DNA of 32,630 bases from Candidatus Coatesbacteria bacterium (GTDB taxonomy: Bacteria > JAFGND01). Positions 17,701-25,600 of the stretch are shown one piece after another (positions within the stretch are counted from its first letter, which is position 1; every line of letters begins with the position of its first letter). The translations under genes were made by a program, and so were the position numbers. Location: the NCBI GenBank assembly GCA_016927185.1, contig JAFGND010000041.1, positions 1 to 32,630 of the forward strand, written 5' to 3'. The notes beneath the pieces were generated by a model. The model was given only the letters and a program-made list of their open reading frames with translations, was not told the DNA's origin and did not search any database.

Positions 17701-18683
17701 CTCCCGATAAATCCTGCATAAACCTTTCCATAAGTAATTCCTATTCTGCATTTCAGCCCATCGATTTCAAGCAAATTCAAACTGAAATCGCATGCCCTCT
17801 CAAATATCTTTTCCCTTCCTATTGGTGCGCCGAAAACAACAAGTGCTATAATTCCCTTGTCTCCGAAATCCACCTTGTTGAAATATCCGCCATACTCAGT
17901 TGCAAGTGTTATAATACTGGAGACTATTTCTGTTATTCTGTCTGTTTCCATTATACTGATGAAGCAGCTAATTACTTCCCTGAATTCACCAGAAAATTCA
18001 GACTCCACAACTGTCTGGGGATAAAATCTCTCAAGAATACTCCTGTCATATGCTTTGTCTTCAGATTTGCATGATGGAGAGAAATCTATTTCTTCAAGAA
18101 GGAAAATTCCCTCACTCTTTTTCTCAGTCTTAAGTCTTGATGAATTTATCCAAGATAGTAATTCATCATCCAGTATTATCTCTCCGCCTGTAGCATTTTG
18201 TTCATTGAACGCACATTTGTCTATACATAAACCTTTGAAAAAATAAGAATCCTGGATATCATTTCTTATAATACCCCACTTAACTTCACCATATGAAATA
18301 CCCATTTTTATGAGAAGTTCATATGAACCGAATTTTGTATTCTGGGTAATCAATTTGCTGAGCATGCTATTTATGCTTTTTGCAGCGAACAAGGGTTGCA
18401 GGATGTTTTCTATCTTACTCTCTTCGAATACAACAGTAAAAGCATCTCCCGCAAATGTTGATACAAAACCATTGTTATCATATATCATATCAATGGAAGG
18501 CTTGAATATACTGTTTATTATGCTGCTTAAGACTTCAATCCCCTCATTTCCATATTTCATGAATTCATTTGTCATCTTCGTGAAACCGCAGATATCAATG
18601 AAAAGGGTAACAGCATTGAAATGACCTTCAGATTCACCTGACAATGTCTTTTCTATAATATAATAAGGTACAAGGTTTTTCAT
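14790..18683 (-). CDS. Tandem class III adenylate/guanylate cyclase domains + STAND-type P-loop ATPase + TPR repeats, copy 2
   Basis: C1: LFIDICGFT, FAGDAFT. C2: DFGDKG, EYTIIGMGVNLSARL. ATPase: FIGREEYL, Walker A GQAGMGKSRL, Walker B IIELEDGHW, GGNPFYIEQL, IIARIDRL, FKHALIRDSVY. TPRs such as LANLYNNLGIYY..KSEYEKALDHFIKSLKI. Confidence 0.92.
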   Translation of the reverse strand: MKNLVPYYIIEKTLSGESEGHFNAVTLFIDICGFTKMTNEFMKYGNEGIEVLSSIINSIFKPSIDMIYDNNGFVSTFAGDAFTVVFEESKIENILQPLFAAKSINSMLSKLITQNTKFGSYELLIKMGISYGEVKWGIIRNDIQDSYFFKGLCIDKCAFNEQNATGGEIILDDELLSWINSSRLKTEKKSEGIFLLEEIDFSPSCKSEDKAYDRSILERFYPQTVVESEFSGEFREVISCFISIMETDRITEIVSSIITLATEYGGYFNKVDFGDKGIIALVVFGAPIGREKIFERACDFSLNLLEIDGLKCRIGITYGKVYAGFIGSKRRCEYTIIGMGVNLSARLALAAQPYEIYIDKHTYNHVKSSYYVEYLEDKMLKGFVASIPAYKLSGKKELCITIDAKGTFIGREEYLKKLLEFVKVIDDNKFGGIVYVDGQAGMGKSRLILELKQRLDDRYTWMFMPCDGILRKSFNPVVSFLSSYFNQKENETYEKNRMLFSERFDYLFNATKDFDIKKELLRTKSFLEGLLEIQEKDSLFEKIDAKERYENILYTVKNLIKAESKLKPVIIELEDGHWIDNDTKKILEVLTRNVDDFPFMIIAACRYNDDGSLFSFGLNDVKEEAISLDSLDESMAKALIISRLTENAEIARDNLEYGAVKYIQNQCGGNPFYIEQLVLYLKENHLLDESYNLRKQDIDIPSNINEIIIARIDRLETDLKEAVKTASVLGMEVIVNVLNEMLKNHDVLKNLCEGEKENIWSKVTELKYIFKHALIRDSVYQMQLKGRLRELHKLAAEVMEIIYRENLVEHYKDIAYHFEKSEVMDKTIDYLMKAADYASENYKNDEALSLYDKLIAYTSDNEVALLEGLIGKAKVLRNIGKYLEGIENAEKSLLLAEKMNDKKKMLNARKLLGILYSGISNFDASMENSNAALLLAEKLNDFTGMAQVFINIGTIYEIKRDYEKAQVYNYKALVLSIKHNIREYIGSAYENIATVYFKKQEIEKSYENAIKALDIMEELGNKTRLAHFYNILGAILIHKDDDKKGVDYLYKALDINEEIGNVRGLANLYNNLGIYYTDKSEYEKALDHFIKSLKIKEEIDDLKGVRNTNKNIGIIYKDKSDYRQVIHYFKRAAEINRKIGLNKDYVLDLIEIAITNLKINEIREAFKIIMELIEMMKEVKNKHIDGSFHMTIAIILSKIEENENDENRNFANVLSEKMGLGISPEPYFNYALKILEKEDYYSNYVLALVEHARYNYKKGKKTAAKIELDKARQIAKKTGLSIEIREVEKVFRELGIE

Positions 18684-18788
18684 ATAATTTAATACTTTAT
18701 CAATATGGCTTGCAGCAGAGTTGCAATTAAGAAGTCAAGCTTAAATATCGTGCCAGATTGAGAGATTCATACAGAATTTGTATGGCAA

Positions 18789-18814
18789 ACAAGCTATTAT
18801 ACAGAATAGCTTGT
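18789..18814 (-). terminator. Probable intrinsic terminator hairpin of the C25 peptidase gene
   Basis: Perfect 10-bp inverted repeat ACAAGCTATT-6 nt-AATAGCTTGT, 21 nt past the stop at 18836. The U-tract on the minus strand is short. Confidence 0.55.
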
Positions 18815-18835
18815 ACTTTCAGAAACTGGAATATC

Positions 18836-21406
18836 TCATTTACCTGTTTTCAGCAATCTGCCAGTATGAACCATCCCTTCTGCCTCTATCCTGTATAAAT
18901 ATACTCCTGAAGAAAGTTTGCTAGTGTTGATCTTGATGTTCAGTTCAGGTTTCATTCTATCATAATTTCTTATAAGTCTTCCGTTTATGTCATAGATTTT
19001 CAAGTTGATATCTGTTTCCGCTTTTCTTGTAAACTGGAAGATTATCTTCTCATTACAGGGATTTGGAAAAACAGATATATTAAGAGCAAGGGGTAGTCTT
19101 CTTTTCGTTTCTGAAGTTCCGAAACCGGTTTTTTCTATATCATATCCGAAAATGTTCCAGACTCCATTTTTCCTGTCACTGAACCAGATTATCTTTATAA
19201 CATTATTACATTGTGCTAATACTGGTTCAAGATCCTGTCCTGGATCAGGCGCTATTATTTTCGGTTCTTCCCATTCAGCAGCATTTGAAGATTTCATGAA
19301 TGCGATATCCCAGCTAAGCCCATTCCTTATTGTAAAGGAAAAATAGAGCTGTTTTTCATCAGTTACAAGAAGGTATGGTGTTGCAATAAGGTTGTCAGTT
19401 TTATATACGGAATGTCCTGTCTTGAAATTATTCCCATACCATTCAGTCAGCATTATGTGATTAAAGCCATTTGTTTCTGTATGTAGCCAGCTCGCATAGA
19501 GAGAACCATTCTTGCTTGCTATCTGAGGAAATGTTGAAACACCATCTACTTCAGATTTTATTGCTTGTGGAGAAGTCCACGTTCCATTCTTGAGAAGTGA
19601 CCAGCAGATATCCCTTCTGCCATTTTCAGCTCTTACCCATACAGTAATAAAATTTCCATCCGGAGTAACGCTTACCTTTGGCATAAGATTTTCTCCACTC
19701 CCTGTTGATATTTTTATGCCGAAAGGTTCCCAGATATATCCATCAAAGCTCTGCGACCATAAATCTCCATGACCAAAATCATAATTTCTGTAAACAATTA
19801 TCATGGAACCGTTTTTTCCATAAGCAAGGGAGGTTTCCACGTCATATGTCCTTGCAGTTGTTATTCTCTTGCTGGAAGAAAAACTGTTTCCATCATTATA
19901 ACGGACATAAATATCATAGTTTTCATCTTCAGGCATGGAATCATAACCGAACCAGATTCCACCCCTGTCATCTTTGGAGCAGCTCAAGCCGCATCCATTG
20001 CCTGTTACAATAATACTATCCGGCGACCAGGATCCATCCCAGTATTTCGCAAGTCCGATATAACCATATTTCGTGTTTTCAGTTATGCCATTATAGAATA
20101 TCCATATCCTGTTGCTTGAATCTTCAGTTATTCTTACATTCCCGACTACATAATCAGAATTAGTAATTTGCTCTAGTTGAGTTTCTGATCCGTAAACCTG
20201 GAGTGGAGTATTACTGGATGGAGCTTGTGCAGTATTTATCTTTAACGAAGGATCTCCTAGCAGTGTGTTTCCGGCAACAAAATCTGTCTGTTTTGATGAA
20301 TAGGAATTCAAGTAGCGTCTGTAACTCTCTCCAAGATCATTGCCCTCACCAAGTGCCTTGTACATCTCACTATAAGTAAGAGCATAGGCTTCCCTGGTAT
20401 CTCCCAGTACTGCCACGGAATAGTCATTGCAGAAGAGATACCAGTTTCCTATGTTGTCAATCTCTGTAAATCTCACAACCATGCAGGTTTCAAGAACAAA
20501 GAAATTACAGGGAGGATTCAAGCCAACTGGTTCGAAATTCATATATGTGCCGCCTCCCGGGCTTGAATAATCATCAAGCATGAAAGAGTGGCACCATGGA
20601 TTACTGTGCACTACAAGATGAACAAATTCATATCCGTCTCTCATGTCTTTTCTGTAATTCGCTGCTGTTGTATATTTCCAGTCATTCCTTGTTACAACTG
20701 TATCATAAGCCTGTTCCATATTTTGCCTCAAGTCTATCCTGATATCCTTGAAATCAAGTGCTCGATGGGGAATGACAGAGGAATATCCTCCTGTCCTGTA
20801 AATATGGTTTTTCCTGAAATAGTTTTTGAGAATGCTTAACTCTGTGCCCCAGCTCAAGTTGGAAGCATAAAGTCTGCCTATGCATAGCTCAGGATTGCTT
20901 TTCTGGGGACATATATCAAGTTTGCCATCATTATCACTGTCTTCCCAGTTCCCATCCATATCCATGAAATAAAAATCAGCAGGATATTCCATATTTCTGT
21001 CAACATTGACATAGAAAGCAACAGGAAGATCACCTATGAAAAGTGCATACTTCAATCCGGAACTGTATCTGTCCTGGAGCTCCTTGCGTAAGTCCTGATG
21101 ATCTCCTCCCGACCAGCTTAATGTCGTAACTGAATAACCTTCATTGGTTAAATCATTTTGGAAAGTTTTCAATTCGTTTTTAAGCGCTGTTACTAAAAAA
21201 GGTGTAATGACAATCAGATATTTTGGACCATACTTCAGTTTTGACTGGAAAACTACCTCTTTTTTCAAAGGCTTATAAGGATGTGAATCTTTCCATTCCG
21301 TGTAATAAGTAGGTTTTTTTCCTGTAATATCAGAATATCCTATTACAGGATAATTTTCTGAAAAGAGGAAGTTTGGTAGCAGAAAAAAAAGCAAGAAATA
21401 TTTCAT
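18836..21406 (-). CDS. Secreted peptidase C25 (gingipain-like) domain protein with beta-propeller-like repeats and T9SS type A C-terminal sorting domain
   Basis: Signal peptide MKYFLLFFLLPNFLFS. C25 motifs YLIVITP, YALFIGD, PADFYFMDMDG, PELCIGRL; putative dyad VVHS...LETC; TLLGDPSL. Repeated W-x-x-P blades. CTD VFPNP...LKIYDINGRLI...LSSGVYLYRI. GGAGG SD. Confidence 0.8.
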   Translation of the reverse strand: MKYFLLFFLLPNFLFSENYPVIGYSDITGKKPTYYTEWKDSHPYKPLKKEVVFQSKLKYGPKYLIVITPFLVTALKNELKTFQNDLTNEGYSVTTLSWSGGDHQDLRKELQDRYSSGLKYALFIGDLPVAFYVNVDRNMEYPADFYFMDMDGNWEDSDNDGKLDICPQKSNPELCIGRLYASNLSWGTELSILKNYFRKNHIYRTGGYSSVIPHRALDFKDIRIDLRQNMEQAYDTVVTRNDWKYTTAANYRKDMRDGYEFVHLVVHSNPWCHSFMLDDYSSPGGGTYMNFEPVGLNPPCNFFVLETCMVVRFTEIDNIGNWYLFCNDYSVAVLGDTREAYALTYSEMYKALGEGNDLGESYRRYLNSYSSKQTDFVAGNTLLGDPSLKINTAQAPSSNTPLQVYGSETQLEQITNSDYVVGNVRITEDSSNRIWIFYNGITENTKYGYIGLAKYWDGSWSPDSIIVTGNGCGLSCSKDDRGGIWFGYDSMPEDENYDIYVRYNDGNSFSSSKRITTARTYDVETSLAYGKNGSMIIVYRNYDFGHGDLWSQSFDGYIWEPFGIKISTGSGENLMPKVSVTPDGNFITVWVRAENGRRDICWSLLKNGTWTSPQAIKSEVDGVSTFPQIASKNGSLYASWLHTETNGFNHIMLTEWYGNNFKTGHSVYKTDNLIATPYLLVTDEKQLYFSFTIRNGLSWDIAFMKSSNAAEWEEPKIIAPDPGQDLEPVLAQCNNVIKIIWFSDRKNGVWNIFGYDIEKTGFGTSETKRRLPLALNISVFPNPCNEKIIFQFTRKAETDINLKIYDINGRLIRNYDRMKPELNIKINTSKLSSGVYLYRIEAEGMVHTGRLLKTGK

Positions 21407-21757
21407 AATCCTCCATAGTTATCAATCTAATTCAATAGAGCAGTAACTCTTGAAATGTTTTGCAGGATCACTTTCACCTTTAATACATTGCATGTCAAGT
21501 TGAATATTCATTTAAATGCAGGAACCTTGTATCTATTTATTGACTTGATTGAAAAAGGAGGAATAATATAATCATGATTTATTGTGGTAACAGAATTTAA
21601 TGGAAATAGGATTTTTACTTCATATGAGTTAATCTCATGATTATTATTTGATAATGAAATGATTAATATTGATATAATTCCATAATCTATTGACAAAAAG
21701 CATGTTAAATTCCTATCCAGCAAGCACCATTTAATTGCCTTTATGAAGGAATTTTGC

Positions 21758-23194
21758 ATGGCGAAAAGGGAAATAAAAAAAGTTATAATAATCAATCCTT
21801 CTTCTGAAATAAAAATCACTAAAGAGGGAAGAGTGATAATGTCACTCAATATATCCTTTGAAACTCCCAGAATGCCTTTATCTATGGCTATTATGGCTGG
21901 AGGACTTGAAAATCTATGCGAAGTGAAAATCATTGATGCAGTGAATGAGGAAATCAAGAGAGAGGAACTCAAGAGGCAGGTTCATCAATTCAAACCTGAC
22001 CTGACAATAGTCAATTGCAGCACCCCGACTATTGAAGATGATATGAATGCAGTAATTGACGCACATGAAACAGGCTCTCTTACTGCAATGTTTGGTCAGC
22101 ATGTGGATGCTATAGCAGATGAAACCATGAATGAATGCGGAGAGCTTGATTTCTGCTTCAGACATGAACCTGAACTTGTTGCTAGCAAGTTCATTCAAGC
22201 ATGGAACAGTGAAGGGAGACTGGAGGATATCAAGGGATTAGCATTCAGGGACAGTTCTGGAAAACCCGTAGTCAATGAAATACATCCTTATGTTGATTTA
22301 GAAGAGCTTCCCAGACCTGCAAGACATCTTCTGAAGAATGACTTGTATAGACTTCCAGATGGAGAATTGTATACCAATCTTCTTGCAAGCAGGGGTTGTC
22401 CCTTCAATTGCCCTTTTTGCATTGCTCCTGCCTATCATGGTCTGAAGGTTAGAAGAAGGGATCCGAAATCGCTTGTGGATGAAGTAAAGAGTGTCTATAA
22501 TGAGTTTGGAATAAAGGCTTTCCTTTTCCAGTCAGATCTTTTTACTTCAAGCAGAGAATGGGTAAAAGAAGTTTGTGAAGGTCTTCTTGAAACAAAAATA
22601 AAGGGATTGCGCTGGATATGCAACAGCAGGGTGGACACTGTTGATGAAGAAACCCTGAAGCTTATGAAGAAGGCTGGCTGTTTCCTTATGGGAATAGGAA
22701 TAGAGTCAGGTAGTCCCAAACTTTTACCATCATTGGGGAAAAAAGTCACTGTTGATAAAATCAAGTGGATGATAAATGCCTGCAGGAAAATCGGAATAAG
22801 GACAAATGGGTCTTTTGTAGTAGGTTTTCCAGGGGAGACAGAGGAGACATTGAAGGAAACAGAAGAACTAGTAATGCAACTGCCTCTGGATTTCGCAGTT
22901 TTCATGTGTGCAACGCCTTTTCCTGGAACTGTTTTCTATGAGCAGCTTCATGAACCAGATTCCAGGTTCAGACTGAACAGGGAATGGAAGAAATTTTGCT
23001 ATCATGATTATACAATATTAGGTGGGCTTCCTGAAAAAACTATAAAAGACTTCAACAGGAAAATGCTCAGGAAATATTTTTTCAGCTTTCATTATCTTAT
23101 TCTCAGGCTGAGAGATTTACGGCATCCGATAAGTCTGCTGAAAACCATATTTTATGCTTTGAAAAGGCTCAAAAAACTGGAAATATCCAGATAA
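21758..23194 (+). CDS. Cobalamin-binding domain radical SAM protein (class B / BchE-HpnJ-like)
   Basis: N-terminal B12-binding-like region (IIINP, KIIDA, FKPD, HEPE); LPRPARHL, SRGCPFNCPFC, WICNSRVD, GIESGS, FVVGFPGET, TPFPGT. ATG 21758 follows AAGGA; the track start is 21743. Confidence 0.88.
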   Translation: MAKREIKKVIIINPSSEIKITKEGRVIMSLNISFETPRMPLSMAIMAGGLENLCEVKIIDAVNEEIKREELKRQVHQFKPDLTIVNCSTPTIEDDMNAVIDAHETGSLTAMFGQHVDAIADETMNECGELDFCFRHEPELVASKFIQAWNSEGRLEDIKGLAFRDSSGKPVVNEIHPYVDLEELPRPARHLLKNDLYRLPDGELYTNLLASRGCPFNCPFCIAPAYHGLKVRRRDPKSLVDEVKSVYNEFGIKAFLFQSDLFTSSREWVKEVCEGLLETKIKGLRWICNSRVDTVDEETLKLMKKAGCFLMGIGIESGSPKLLPSLGKKVTVDKIKWMINACRKIGIRTNGSFVVGFPGETEETLKETEELVMQLPLDFAVFMCATPFPGTVFYEQLHEPDSRFRLNREWKKFCYHDYTILGGLPEKTIKDFNRKMLRKYFFSFHYLILRLRDLRHPISLLKTIFYALKRLKKLEISR

Positions 23195-23287
23195 TTGTCT
23201 TGATAAAGGCTTGTGACAGCAAGGTAAAAAACTATCCCCCATTGATTTATGCAGACAATCTGGAAGTTGCTGCATTTACTGCTGTTT

Positions 23288-23327
23288 AACAATAATTCTT
23301 GAAAGCAATTTCTGAAGAATGATTGTT
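23288..23327. promoter_or_regulatory. Long imperfect inverted repeat (hairpin with GCAA loop) upstream of the pckG -35 element
   Basis: AACAATAATTCTT-GAAA-GCAA-TTTC-TG-AAGAATGATTGTT: 16 paired positions, one mismatch and a 2-nt bulge. TTGACA lies at 23346-23351. Confidence 0.45.
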
Positions 23328-23427
23328 TATAGAAATGCTTATTCCTTGACAGAAAACTGCCTAAAAAAACGCATATTAACAATTCAATTTCGCATTAATA
23401 TAGTATATATAAGAAAGCGAGGTAATG

Positions 23428-25179
23428 ATGAATACTAACAAGGCAGTTCAGGCATGGGTTGATGAAATGGCAAAGTTGACAAAACCTGACAGAATTGAAT
23501 GGATTGATGGAAGCAAAGAGCAGATAGAAAGTTTGAAAAAGGAAGGATTCAGGACAGGAGATTTGATAGAACTGGATCAGGAAGTACTTCCTGGTTGCGT
23601 TTATCATAGAACTGCTGTCAATGATGTTGCAAGAGTTGAGCACCTTACATTCATTTGCACGCCTACTAAAGAAGAGGCAGGTCCTACCAATAACTGGATG
23701 GCACCAGATGAAGCATATAATAGACTGGGAAAAATATTCGATGGGTCCATGAAAGGCAGGACTATGTACGTAATTCCTTATCTTTTAGGAACTTACGGTT
23801 CTCCTTTCACGAAAGTAGGTATAGAGATTACTGACAGCATATATGTTGTCTTGAATATGCTCATAATGACAAGAGCTGGTGACATTGCCCTCAAGCATCT
23901 TGGTGATTCAGATGAATTCAACAAGGGTTTGCATGGGAAGGAAAAAAGGGACCTGGAAAGAAGATATATATGCCAGTTCCCCCAGGATAATACTATCTGG
24001 AGCGTTGGATCAGGATATGGCGGAAATGTTCTCCTTGGAAAGAAATGCTTTTCCCTTAGAGTTGCAAGCTATATGGGAAGAAATGAAGGCTGGATGGCTG
24101 AACATATGCTCATTCTTGGCCTTGAAGATCCCAAAGGGAATATTACTTACATGACAGGCGCATTTCCTTCTGCCTGCGGAAAAACCAATCTTGCAATGCT
24201 TGTTCCACCAGATTCGTTTCCGGGTTATAAGGTATGGACTGTAGGTGATGATATTGCCTGGATGAGAATAGGTGAAGATGGAAGATTATGGGCAATGAAT
24301 CCAGAGTTTGGTTTCTTTGGCGTTGCTCCCGGGACAAGCATGAAATCAAATCCTAATGCCCTTCTTACAATGAAAAGCAATTCGATTTATACCAATGTTG
24401 TCATTACTCCTGAAAAAACTGTATGGTGGGAAGGCATGGGAGTCGAGCCACCAAAGAAAGCATGGGACTGGAAAGGTAATGAATGGACACCTGAATCAGG
24501 TGAAAAAGGCGCACAGCCAAATTCACGTTTCACTGCACCAGCAAGCCAATGTCCCTGCATTTCAAAGGAATGGGAAAATCCAAAGGGAGTTCCTATTTCT
24601 GCCATAATTTTTGGTGGAAGAAGAGCAAAAGTTGCACCTCTTGTTTATCAGTCATTCGACTGGAATCATGGTGTTTTTATAGGATCAATGATGGGTTCTG
24701 AAACTACTGCTGCTGCAACAGGTCAGGTAGGAGTAGTAAGACGCGATCCAATGGCAATGCTTCCCTTCTGTGGATACAACATGGTTGATTATTTCAGGCA
24801 CTGGATTAAAATGGGAAAGAAGATACCGAATCCCCCTAAGATATTCAATGTTAACTGGTTCAGAACTGATGAACAAGGGAAATTCATATGGCCGGGTTAT
24901 GGGGAAAATGTTCGCATTCTGGACTGGATTGCAAGACGTTGCAGTAATCAGGTAGTAGCGAATGAAACACCAATCGGTTATGTTCCGAAGCCAGAAGATA
25001 TTGATATAAAAGGGCTTGGTATAAGCATGAAAGACATAGATAGACTGCTGGAGCTGAAAAAGGAAGACTGGGAAGTAGAAATAGAGGATCAGAAGAAATT
25101 CTATGAGAAATTCGGTGATACTCTTCCTGAAGAGCTGAATAGAGAATATACCAATCTAAAGAAAAGATTTGGATTATAA
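23428..25179 (+). CDS. pckG: Phosphoenolpyruvate carboxykinase (GTP)
   Basis: DVARVE, GRTMYVIPY, GSGYGGNVLLGKKCFSLR, AEHMLI, AFPSACGKTNLAM, VGDDIAW, NPEFGFFGVA, PNSRFT, RDPMAMLPFCGYN, WPGYGEN. Tandem ATGs at 23425/23428; GAGG spacing favours 23428. Confidence 0.97.
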   Translation: MNTNKAVQAWVDEMAKLTKPDRIEWIDGSKEQIESLKKEGFRTGDLIELDQEVLPGCVYHRTAVNDVARVEHLTFICTPTKEEAGPTNNWMAPDEAYNRLGKIFDGSMKGRTMYVIPYLLGTYGSPFTKVGIEITDSIYVVLNMLIMTRAGDIALKHLGDSDEFNKGLHGKEKRDLERRYICQFPQDNTIWSVGSGYGGNVLLGKKCFSLRVASYMGRNEGWMAEHMLILGLEDPKGNITYMTGAFPSACGKTNLAMLVPPDSFPGYKVWTVGDDIAWMRIGEDGRLWAMNPEFGFFGVAPGTSMKSNPNALLTMKSNSIYTNVVITPEKTVWWEGMGVEPPKKAWDWKGNEWTPESGEKGAQPNSRFTAPASQCPCISKEWENPKGVPISAIIFGGRRAKVAPLVYQSFDWNHGVFIGSMMGSETTAAATGQVGVVRRDPMAMLPFCGYNMVDYFRHWIKMGKKIPNPPKIFNVNWFRTDEQGKFIWPGYGENVRILDWIARRCSNQVVANETPIGYVPKPEDIDIKGLGISMKDIDRLLELKKEDWEVEIEDQKKFYEKFGDTLPEELNREYTNLKKRFGL

Positions 25180-25186
25180 GGATAGA

Positions 25187-25504
25187 ATGATAAGAGATAT
25201 ATTCACTGAAAAAGTGATTAAACTTATAAAGCAGATTCCTTCTGGCAAAGTTGCCACATATGGGCAGATTTCTTTTCTTGCAGGTGATGACAGTTCAGGA
25301 GCAAGACAGGTGGCAAGAATTCTTCATTCCTGTACTGAAAAAGAAAACCTGCCCTGGCATAGAATAATAAACTCAAAAGGATGTATTTCATTGAAGGGAG
25401 AAGCCTATAAACTTCAGAGGGAAATGCTTGAATCTGAAGGAATTGTATTTGATGAGTCAGGTCAGGTTGATTTCAAGAGATTCCTGTGGATTCCAGGTTA
25501 TTGA
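25187..25504 (+). CDS. Alkyltransferase-like (ATL, MGMT family) DNA-binding protein
   Basis: IPSGKVATYGQI, ARQVAR, LPWHRII (Trp replaces the catalytic Cys of PCHR, diagnostic of ATL), QREMLESEGI. ATG 25187 preferred over TTG 25169. Confidence 0.88.
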   Translation: MIRDIFTEKVIKLIKQIPSGKVATYGQISFLAGDDSSGARQVARILHSCTEKENLPWHRIINSKGCISLKGEAYKLQREMLESEGIVFDESGQVDFKRFLWIPGY

Positions 25505-25600
25505 TTACAGCAAGTTAAAACTGCTAGTTTTTCCTGTCATTTATCTTTGCTGCAGTCAGATCCCTTGATACTGGTTTTTAATTTTCATAAAGGAGAGAGT

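Noticed and set aside
21508..21972. 154-aa minus-strand ORF in the track
   Set aside because: Antisense to the B12 radical SAM start plus AT-rich intergenic DNA; Ile/Ser-rich shadow composition with no motifs.
25187..25504. Active O6-methylguanine-DNA methyltransferase (ogt/ada)
   Set aside because: The active-site motif is PWHR, not PCHR, so it is the known non-catalytic ATL type.
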